Shown piece by piece: positions 6,137-21,483 of a stretch of 32,000 nucleotides of DNA (position 1 is the stretch's first letter; each line of letters begins with the position of its first letter). The DNA is from Mycobacterium tuberculosis H37Rv (GTDB lineage: Bacteria; Actinomycetota; Actinomycetes; Mycobacteriales; Mycobacteriaceae), in NCBI RefSeq assembly GCF_000195955.2, contig NC_000962.3:750001-782000 (forward strand). The letters are read 5' to 3'. The position numbers and the translations under genes are program-made. The notes beneath the pieces are model-generated. The model saw only the letters and a list, made by a program, of their open reading frames with translations. It ran no database searches and was not told the DNA's origin.

Positions 6137-8500
6137 ATGCCGCAGCCAAGAACGCATCTGCCGATTCCCAGTGCTGCTCGCACCGGGCTGATCACGTATG
6201 ACGCGAAGGATCCCGACAGCACCTATCCGCCGATCGAGCAGCTGCGCCCACCGGCGGGTGCCCCGAATGTGTTGCTGATCCTGCTTGACGATGTCGGGTT
6301 CGGTGCGTCGAGCGCGTTCGGAGGCCCATGCAGGACGTCGACGGCGGAACTGCTTGCCGGTAACGGGTTGCGGTACAACCGGTTTCACACCACCGCGCTG
6401 TGCTCGCCGACGCGTCAGGCGTTGTTAACTGGACGCAACCATCACTCCGCCGGCATGGGCGGTATCACCGAAATCGCCACCGGTGCACCGGGATACAGCT
6501 CAGTACTACCGAACACCATGTCGCCGATCGCGCGGACGCTAAAGCTCAACGGCTACAACACCGCCCAGTTCGGCAAGTGCCACGAAGTCCCGGTCTGGCA
6601 GACCAGCCCGGTCGGGCCGTTCGACGCGTGGCCCAGCGGCGGCGGTGGTTTCGAATACTTCTACGGGTTTATCGGTGGCGAGGCTAACCAGTGGTATCCG
6701 AGTCTGTACGAGGGCACCACGCCGGTCGAGGTGAACCGCACGCCCGAGGAGGGTTACCATTTCATGGCGGACATGACCGACAAGGCCCTCGGCTGGATCG
6801 GACAGCAGAAGGCACTGGCCCCCGACCGGCCGTTCTTCGTGTACTTCGCCCCGGGCGCCACCCACGCGCCCCACCACGTTCCGCGGGAGTGGGCCGACAA
6901 GTACCGGGGCCGCTTCGATGTGGGCTGGGACGCACTGCGAGAGGAAACCTTCGCCCGGCAAAAGGAACTCGGGGTGATCCCGGCGGACTGCCAGCTGACC
7001 GCGCGGCACGCCGAAATCCCGGCGTGGGACGACATGCCGGAGGACCTCAAACCCGTGCTATGCCGGCAGATGGAGGTCTACGCGGGCTTTCTGGAATACA
7101 CCGACCACCACGTCGGCCGGCTCGTCGACGGCCTGCAGCGCCTCGGTGTGCTCGACGACACGCTGGTGTTCTACATCATCGACGACAACGGCGCCTCGGC
7201 CGAGGGCACGATCAACGGCACCTACAACGAGATGTTGAACTTCAACGGCCTGGCCGACATCGAGACGCCGCGGTTCATGACCGACCGGCTCGACAAGTTC
7301 GGCGGGCCGGAGTCCTACAACCACTATTCGGTGGGTTGGGCGCATGCGATGGATACCCCCTATCAGTGGACCAAACAAGTGGCCTCGCACTGGGGTGGCA
7401 CGCGTAACGGCACGATTGTGCACTGGCCCAACGGAATTGCCGCCAAGGGGGAGATGCGCTGGCAGTTTCACCACGTCATCGACGTGGCGCCGACCATCCT
7501 GGAGGCGGCGGGGTTGCCGGAACCGTTATTCGTCAACGGCGTGCAGCAACACCCCATCGAAGGGGTCAGCATGGCCTATTCGTTCGACGACGCGCAGGCG
7601 CCGGATCGGCACGAGACGCAGTATTTCGAGATGTTCGGAAACCGGGGCATCTACCACAAGGGTTGGACCGCGGTGACCAAGCACAAGACGCCGTGGATTT
7701 TGGTTGGCGAGCAGACCGTCGCGTTCGACGACGACGTGTGGGAGCTCTACGACACCACCAAGGATTGGAGCCAGGCCAAAGACTTGGCCAAGGAGATGCC
7801 GGAAAAGCTGCATGAGCTGCAGCGGCTGTGGCTGATCGAGGCGACGCGCTACAACGTGCTTCCGCTGGACGACGACACCGCCAGCCGCATCAACCCCGAT
7901 CTGGCGGGCAGGCCGGTGCTCATCAGGGGCAACACCCAGGTGCTGTTTTCGAACATGGGCCGGTTGTCGGAGAACTGTGTGCTCAACCTCAAGAACAAAT
8001 CGCACACGGTGACCGCTGAGGTCGAGGTGCCCGAGACCGGTGCTGAGGGCGTGATCGTCGCGCAGGGCGCCAGCATCGGCGGCTGGAGCCTGTATGCCAA
8101 CGACGGCAAGCTCAAGTACTGCTACAACCTGGGTGGTATCAAGCACTTCTACGCCGAGTCCGCCGACCCGCTGCCGGCCGGCGCCCATCAGGTGCGCATG
8201 GAATTCGCTTATGCCGGTGGCGGTTTGGGCAAGGGCGGCGAGGTAACTCTTTATGTCGACGGCCAACAGGTCGGCGAAGGACATGTCGAAGCCACCCTTG
8301 CCATCGTCTTCTCGGCCGACGACGGCTGCGATGTCGGCATGGATTCGGGCTCGCCCGTCTCACCCGACTATGCCCCGGGGAGTAACGCGTTCAACGGGCG
8401 GATCAAGGGCGTGCAGCTCGCGATCGCCGAGGCCGCCGCTGCTGCGGGCCATCTGGTCGACCCGGAGCACGCGATCCGCATCGCGCTGGCGCGCCAATAG
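6137..8500 (+). CDS. atsD: Arylsulfatase AtsD, 787 aa
   Basis: Sulfatase N-terminal domain NVLLILLDDVGFG, formylglycine motif CSPTRQALLTGRNHH, GKCHE; C-terminal beta-rich domain. Confidence 0.94.
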   Translation: MPQPRTHLPIPSAARTGLITYDAKDPDSTYPPIEQLRPPAGAPNVLLILLDDVGFGASSAFGGPCRTSTAELLAGNGLRYNRFHTTALCSPTRQALLTGRNHHSAGMGGITEIATGAPGYSSVLPNTMSPIARTLKLNGYNTAQFGKCHEVPVWQTSPVGPFDAWPSGGGGFEYFYGFIGGEANQWYPSLYEGTTPVEVNRTPEEGYHFMADMTDKALGWIGQQKALAPDRPFFVYFAPGATHAPHHVPREWADKYRGRFDVGWDALREETFARQKELGVIPADCQLTARHAEIPAWDDMPEDLKPVLCRQMEVYAGFLEYTDHHVGRLVDGLQRLGVLDDTLVFYIIDDNGASAEGTINGTYNEMLNFNGLADIETPRFMTDRLDKFGGPESYNHYSVGWAHAMDTPYQWTKQVASHWGGTRNGTIVHWPNGIAAKGEMRWQFHHVIDVAPTILEAAGLPEPLFVNGVQQHPIEGVSMAYSFDDAQAPDRHETQYFEMFGNRGIYHKGWTAVTKHKTPWILVGEQTVAFDDDVWELYDTTKDWSQAKDLAKEMPEKLHELQRLWLIEATRYNVLPLDDDTASRINPDLAGRPVLIRGNTQVLFSNMGRLSENCVLNLKNKSHTVTAEVEVPETGAEGVIVAQGASIGGWSLYANDGKLKYCYNLGGIKHFYAESADPLPAGAHQVRMEFAYAGGGLGKGGEVTLYVDGQQVGEGHVEATLAIVFSADDGCDVGMDSGSPVSPDYAPGSNAFNGRIKGVQLAIAEAAAAAGHLVDPEHAIRIALARQ

Positions 8501-8531
8501 GGCCGCACAGTCAAACGGGGAGGGGACGGCG

Positions 8532-8804
8532 ATGGAAAAGTCACGGTGCCACGCTGTCGCACATGGAGGTGGGTGTGCGGGATCTGCGAAATCGCACAAG
8601 TCAGGTGGTCGATGCGGTCAAGGCCGGGGTGCCGGTGACTCTCACGGTACACGGGGAGCCGGTCGCCGATATCGTGCCGCATCGGCGCCGCATCCGCTGG
8701 CTGTCGGGGCGCATCTGCGCGATGAGCTCGCCAAGCGCTCGGCCGACCCGCGCCTCACCGATGAACTCAACGACTTGGCCGGTCATACCCTCGACGACCT
8801 GTGA
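8532..8804 (+). CDS. vapB8: Rv0664/VapB8 as annotated (90 aa). Only the C-terminal part is in the VapB frame; the N-terminal VapB coding is in the +8563 frame
   Basis: Annotated-frame tail HLRDELAKRSADPRLTDELNDLAGHTLDDL is VapB-like. The N-terminal VapB sequence MEVGVRDLRNRTSQVVDAVKAGVPVTLTVHGEPVADIVPHRRRIRWLSG is read from ATG 8563 in a different frame. Confidence 0.7.
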   Translation: MEKSRCHAVAHGGGCAGSAKSHKSGGRCGQGRGAGDSHGTRGAGRRYRAASAPHPLAVGAHLRDELAKRSADPRLTDELNDLAGHTLDDL

Positions 8805-9139
8805 CCGAGGGCGAGGTCGGGGTAGGCCTGCTAGATACGTCGGTCTTCATTGCGCGCGAGAGCGGCGGTGCAATCGCGGACCTGCCTGAACGCGTGGCGC
8901 TTTCGGTTATGACGATCGGTGAGCTGCAACTCGGTCTGCTCAATGCTGGCGATTCGGCGACCCGATCACGACGCGCCGACACCCTCGCGCTAGCGCGCAC
9001 GGCCGATCAGATCCCTGTCAGTGAAGCGGTGATGATTTCGTTGGCTCGACTCGTCGCGGACTGCCGAGCCGCGGGCGTGCGGCGGTCGGTGAAGCTGACC
9101 GACGCTCTCATTGCGGCAACCGCGGAGATCAAGGTGTGA
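8801..9139 (+). CDS. vapC8: VapC8 PIN-domain toxin, 112 aa, apparently C-terminally short
   Basis: GTG start overlapping vapB8 stop (GTGA); GLLDTSVFIARESG, MTIGELQLGLL, KLTDALIAATA. Confidence 0.85.
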   Translation: MTEGEVGVGLLDTSVFIARESGGAIADLPERVALSVMTIGELQLGLLNAGDSATRSRRADTLALARTADQIPVSEAVMISLARLVADCRAAGVRRSVKLTDALIAATAEIKV

Positions 9140-9309
9140 CACCGAGGACTGATGAAGGTGCCGCTGCACCCTGCCTGATGCCTGACGTCACGATGCCCGT
9201 GAAGCGTGGTGATGCCCGGGGAGCTTTGGGTGTGGGTCCAGCTTTGTTCGTGGTGAGCGTGAGCAGCTCGCTGGTGAGGGCCAGGAGCTGTCGTTGCACG
9301 GCGGATTGA
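9136..9309 (+). CDS. Doubtful short ORF (Rv0666 position), 57 aa
   Basis: GTG-started ORF overlapping the vapC8 stop; no recognisable domain and no convincing SD. Confidence 0.3.
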   Translation: MTPRTDEGAAAPCLMPDVTMPVKRGDARGALGVGPALFVVSVSSSLVRARSCRCTAD

Positions 9310-9689
9310 TCGATTCGACCGCATCCATCTGGAGCTACTGCCCCAGACCGGACTCGCAGCCTTGGCAAGCCGCTACGCGGGCATTCTCACCTGAGGCAAC
9401 GAAGGGCGCTATGCGCGCATTGTGGGTGAGTCAACGCGAGGACTTGACGGCAGACGCTAAACGGGTCAATCTGTTGGGCAGCATGCGCCGCATGTGGCCA
9501 AAGGAAGTCGAGATCGCCAGCTAGCGCCGATATCCGGGGATGGTTATTGCCGGGTATTTGAGGAATGCGCCGTCCTGCGCTATTGTTGGACGTTGCGCTG
9601 GCTACTTCCTGCCCACCTCACCCGCCACTTGACACCGTGGTCTTAGTCTGAGCCCAGTTTGCGGCTCAGCGGTTTAGTTGCGTGCGTGA

Positions 9690-13325
<3,636 letters not shown>

Positions 13326-13354
13326 AGCTGTCGCAAAATTACTAAACCCGTTAG

Positions 13355-17320
<3,966 letters not shown>

Positions 17321-17323
17321 GTG

Positions 17324-17385
17324 GGCGAGCAGACGCAGAATCGCACGCGAAATGCCTGCGCGATGCGATTCTGCGTCTGCTCGCC
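17324..17385. terminator. Perfect 22-bp-arm inverted repeat (TRIT-like hairpin) after rpoC
   Basis: ggcgagcagacgcagaatcgca (17324-17345) / tgcgattctgcgtctgctcgcc (17364-17385), 3 nt after the rpoC stop and facing a convergent gene. Confidence 0.87.
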
Positions 17386-17700
17386 GTGGTGGATGAGCCG
17401 GTCTTGCATCGCCGATGCGGGAAACCCATGCATGCGTTGGGGCACGACGCCGGCCTGGCCGCCAGATTGGCGCTGCCCGCCGCCCCGTTCAACATGAGTG
17501 GCAATCCCGCCATCTGCCTGCCTGCGGGGGACACGTCGTGAGGAACCCCGGTCGGGGTTTAGTTTATCGGCCGTGAATTCGCCGAACGGTTGCTCGTCCA
17601 AGCCGGCCACGCATTCCAGCAGGCCACTGCGTTCCATCGCCGACGCCCAGGCATGGCCTGGGTTGGTGATTGCGGCCGCCGAGTCAAACAACCGTGAACT
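17386..17700 (+). pseudogene. Relic of the C-terminal part of an amidase-signature-family gene
   Basis: Single frame: VVDEPVLHRRCGKPMHALGHDAGLAARLALPAAPFNMSGNPAICLPAGDTS*GTPVGV*FIGREFAERLLVQAGHAFQQATAFHRRRPG, typical amidase C-terminus interrupted by two stops. Confidence 0.7.
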
Positions 17701-19597
17701 CGCGCGTCGTCGCGCTGAACGCTGTAAGCATGCCGTTGCGATCGCGTGCGGTGCCGTGGTGGACGATGCGGTATTGCCCGGGCGTGGTATCGCCGGGAAC
17801 ATCCCAGCGAATGCTGACATGCGATCCGGCCCGCCCTTGGCGCTGCCAGCGAAAGCTCGTGGCCCAGTCGCCGTCGTCAGCAATCCGCACCCAGCTGGCA
17901 CCTTCCCGGCGGACCACTTCGAGGTAGGTGCCGCCGCGGCGCAGATCGTTATTGGGCAGCGCGCTGACGAAAACGGCTTCCACCGCCTGACCCGGTCGGT
18001 ACGTCGCCGAGGGCTCGGCGATGACCGCTCCGAACGACCCGGCATCGGCGGGCGCGCCGCGCACCCAGCTCAGCTCCCGGGTGGGCCGCGGCCGGCGACC
18101 GAGCGTCACCGGACGGCCGTCGCGCATGGCCTCGGCGAGTTCGGCCACGGTCTGCATGAGGGCGCACAGTTCCCATCGACCGAACAACGTGCTGCCGCCC
18201 TCGTAGCGCTGTTCGAGATACTCTTCGGGCGTTGTCACGTAATGGATGTAGGCGTTGGTGTAGCCCACGCAGAGCACGTCGGCCAGGTCGGCGCCAACAA
18301 TCGAAGCCACCATGCGGCGCAGCCTAAGCCCCGCGACGATGGTCGGTTCGCCCGGAATACCGATCAGATAGAGGCGACCGATTCGCACGAGCTGAACGGG
18401 AACAATTTCCTGGACAAAGGGGTGTATCCGGTTCGGCAGGCGTGCGGGCATCACAATGCCTTTGGGGGCCTGTGCCGCTGCCGTCGGCCTTGCCAGCCGG
18501 TACATGGCGCGGGATAGTCTGTCCCAGAACGGGTTTCGCCCTTGGCGAAAGCCATGGAAGCCCGGGCCCTCGTCGGTGCCTGCCATGGCCCCGGCGCCAA
18601 ACATCGGACGCCCGGTGCGGCGCTCTTCACCGTCTGGTGTGTACTCGCCGCGCACGAGCACAGAACCGAGATCGACATAGGTGAACCGGGCATCAATGCC
18701 AGCGCCGATGGGCGTCGCTCCGCTCAACTGCGTGAAAGCATCCTCGAACTGGCACAACCCGGTACGACGGGTGTTGTCGAATTCCCGGTCTGGTGGGGCC
18801 TCGGGAGAAAGGGGCCCGTCGACATTCGGGCTCATGTCGCCCGGATTCGTCTGTGCGAAGGCGGCGATGAAGTCGGGCTGGCCGGCGAGATAATCCGCGC
18901 CGCCCACGGTGCGTTCCCAGTGATAGGCCGCGAAACCCTTGTTGTCTCCGGAGATGAGGTGGTTGCGATTCGTCATGCTCGTACCGTGGGTAGCGAAGAA
19001 ATGGATCACGCCCACGGTGGCCTCGCCCCGGTCGATACGCACGAGCGTGGTATGCGGGTCGACGCGTTTCGGGAAGAACGCCTTGTCGGCCGGCGGGTTG
19101 CGGTCGAACGCTGATGGGGATCGATTGATGCTTGCGCCGTACAGCTCGCCGTGCGAGAGCGAAACCTCGGCGGGCGCCACATCGGCATGCGCATGTTCCA
19201 CCGATTCGACAATTCCGTCGACGATCGCCGCAAAGGTTGCCGGCCGAAAGCCGCTCGTGGTCAGGTTGTACAGCAGGTATCCGCAGTACCCGCCAGGCCC
19301 GGCGTGGGTGTGGGTCGCCGTGATCAGTGTGTTCTGCTCCGAGTAGGTATCGCCATACAAATCGGCCAACCGGCGCAGCACTTCCTCATTCACGTTTTGC
19401 ATGGGCAGCGGCAGTTCGGCGACAATCAGCAGCAACCGCGCGTCCCCGTCCTGGGAATCGTCCCGGAACACAAACGCCCGTGACCTAAGTCGCTGGTGAA
19501 TGCCGGCGGTGCGCTGGTCGGACTTGCCGTAGCCGAGCATGCCGCAGTCCGCCGCCTCACCAGTGATGTCGGCGATGCCGCGCCCTACACTAAGCAT
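17684..19597 (-). CDS. Neutral/alkaline ceramidase (Rv0669c), 637 aa
   Basis: GRGIADITGEAADCGMLGYG, THTHAGPGGYCGYLLYN, catalytic-serine region NPGDMSPNVDGP, GIPGEPT. Confidence 0.92.
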   Translation of the reverse strand: MLSVGRGIADITGEAADCGMLGYGKSDQRTAGIHQRLRSRAFVFRDDSQDGDARLLLIVAELPLPMQNVNEEVLRRLADLYGDTYSEQNTLITATHTHAGPGGYCGYLLYNLTTSGFRPATFAAIVDGIVESVEHAHADVAPAEVSLSHGELYGASINRSPSAFDRNPPADKAFFPKRVDPHTTLVRIDRGEATVGVIHFFATHGTSMTNRNHLISGDNKGFAAYHWERTVGGADYLAGQPDFIAAFAQTNPGDMSPNVDGPLSPEAPPDREFDNTRRTGLCQFEDAFTQLSGATPIGAGIDARFTYVDLGSVLVRGEYTPDGEERRTGRPMFGAGAMAGTDEGPGFHGFRQGRNPFWDRLSRAMYRLARPTAAAQAPKGIVMPARLPNRIHPFVQEIVPVQLVRIGRLYLIGIPGEPTIVAGLRLRRMVASIVGADLADVLCVGYTNAYIHYVTTPEEYLEQRYEGGSTLFGRWELCALMQTVAELAEAMRDGRPVTLGRRPRPTRELSWVRGAPADAGSFGAVIAEPSATYRPGQAVEAVFVSALPNNDLRRGGTYLEVVRREGASWVRIADDGDWATSFRWQRQGRAGSHVSIRWDVPGDTTPGQYRIVHHGTARDRNGMLTAFSATTREFTVV

Positions 19598-19791
19598 TGC
19601 CTAATCCTCCGCACCAGCAGCAAATTTCACGAGCGCTGACTACGCGCTGCTCCGGGGAAACGTATCCCACAAGGAGAAACACTTTATGCGCCGGGGCCCA
19701 CGAATACGGACGGCAGCATCCCGTGCCGCGGCTGGCCGGACGTGATCCGAGGGTGTGGGTCTCACCAGATCGGTCTCACTAGACTTGGGTT

Positions 19792-20550
19792 GTGCTCATT
19801 GGTTCGCATGTCAGCCCAACCGATCCGCTGGCCGCAGCGGAGGCCGAAGGCGCTGACGTAGTGCAGATTTTCCTTGGCAATCCGCAGAGCTGGAAGGCTC
19901 CCAAGCCGCGGGACGACGCCGCCGCGCTGAAAGCCGCGACCCTGCCCATCTACGTGCATGCGCCCTACCTGATCAACCTTGCGTCGGCGAACAATCGCGT
20001 GCGGATCCCGTCGCGCAAGATCCTGCAAGAGACCTGTGCTGCGGCGGCCGACATTGGCGCAGCGGCGGTGATCGTGCACGGTGGGCACGTCGCCGACGAC
20101 AACGACATCGACAAGGGCTTCCAGCGCTGGCGCAAGGCGCTGGACCGGCTGGAAACCGAGGTTCCCGTCTACCTGGAAAACACCGCCGGCGGCGATCACG
20201 CGATGGCGCGCCGCTTCGACACCATCGCCCGGCTCTGGGACGTCATCGGCGACACCGGAATCGGGTTTTGCCTGGACACCTGCCACACCTGGGCGGCCGG
20301 CGAGGCGCTGACCGATGCCGTCGATCGGATCAAAGCAATTACCGGCCGCATCGATCTGGTGCACTGCAACGACTCCAGGGACGAAGCGGGATCGGGCCGT
20401 GACCGCCACGCCAACCTCGGCAGCGGCCAGATTGATCCTGACCTGCTGGTGGCTGCCGTCAAGGCGGCCGGCGCGCCGGTGATCTGCGAAACCGCCGACC
20501 AAGGTCGCAAGGACGACATCGCGTTTCTGCGGGAAAGAACCGGCAGCTGA
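19792..20550 (+). CDS. nfo: Endonuclease IV (AP endonuclease)
   Basis: [83 protein letters not shown]. Confidence 0.95.
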
Positions 20551-20581
20551 CTTCAAGCCCCGCGGCACCTACCGTTGACTT

Positions 20582-21424
20582 ATGCTCCGCAGGGTCGCCA
20601 TACTGCTCGCCGCTGTGCTTGCGTTCGCGGGCTGCTCGGGGGGAACGAGGTTGGCGGCGGGCTTCGGCAATGGCAATAGCGTGCACACCCTCGATGTCGA
20701 TGGAGCCGGCCGCAGCTACCGGCTTTATAAGCCCGTCGGGTTGCCGTCCTCGGCGCCGCTGGTCGTCATGTTGCACGGCGGGTTCGGCAGCGCCAAGCAA
20801 GCCGAAAGGTCTTATGGCTGGGACGAATTGGCCGACTCCGAGAAGTTCCTCGTCGCCTACCCCGATGGCTATCACAGGGCTTGGAATGCCAATGGCGGAG
20901 GCTGCTGCGGCCGGCCCGCACGTGAAGGCGTCGACGACATCGGCTTCGTCCGCGCGGTCGTCGCCGACATCGCCAACAATGTCAGCATCGACCCCGCCCG
21001 GGTCTACGTCACGGGCATGAGCAACGGTGCCATCATGTCCTACACGCTGGCCTGCAACACCAGCATCTTCGCGGCGATCGGCGTCGTTTCGGGCACGCAA
21101 CTAGACCCCTGTCAGTCCCCGCGTCCGGTGTCGGTCATCCACATCCATGGCACGGCCGATCCGCTGGTCCGCTACCACGGCGGGCCCGGCGCCGGGTTCG
21201 CGCGCATCGACGGTCCGCCGGTGCCCGATCTCAATGCGTTCTGGCGCGAGGTCAACCGGTGCGGCGCGCTGGATACCACGACCGAAGGTCCGGTCACCAC
21301 ATCGGGCGCCACATGCGCCGACAATCGCCGTGTCGTGCTGCTCACCGTCGATGACGCCGGCCACCGATGGCCGTCATTTGCCACCCAGACACTGTGGCGA
21401 TTCTTTGCAGCGCACTTCAGATGA
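20582..21424 (+). CDS. lpqP: Lipoprotein LpqP, PHB depolymerase/feruloyl esterase-like
   Basis: Signal peptide with lipobox LAFAGCS; VMLHGGFGSAKQAE, VTGMSNGAIMSY (GxSxG), DDAGHRWPS. Confidence 0.9.
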   Translation: MLRRVAILLAAVLAFAGCSGGTRLAAGFGNGNSVHTLDVDGAGRSYRLYKPVGLPSSAPLVVMLHGGFGSAKQAERSYGWDELADSEKFLVAYPDGYHRAWNANGGGCCGRPAREGVDDIGFVRAVVADIANNVSIDPARVYVTGMSNGAIMSYTLACNTSIFAAIGVVSGTQLDPCQSPRPVSVIHIHGTADPLVRYHGGPGAGFARIDGPPVPDLNAFWREVNRCGALDTTTEGPVTTSGATCADNRRVVLLTVDDAGHRWPSFATQTLWRFFAAHFR

Positions 21425-21483
21425 GGACAAAACCATCCGTTACATTCTCTTGTGCAGTTGTAGAAAAAACGTAACATGGTGGC

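Noticed and set aside
6691-7407. 238-aa plus-strand ORF inside atsD
   Set aside because: Overlaps the conserved sulfatase frame; Arg-rich low-complexity translation typical of an alternative frame.
8706-8709. Classical programmed -1 frameshift heptamer in vapB8
   Set aside because: The local sequence is not an X-XXY-YYZ slippery site and I see no clear stimulatory structure; simple G loss is more parsimonious.
21437-21477. GTTAC...GTAAC inverted pentamers upstream of fadE8
   Set aside because: Arms are only 5 bp with a long spacer; too weak to call as an operator without comparative support.
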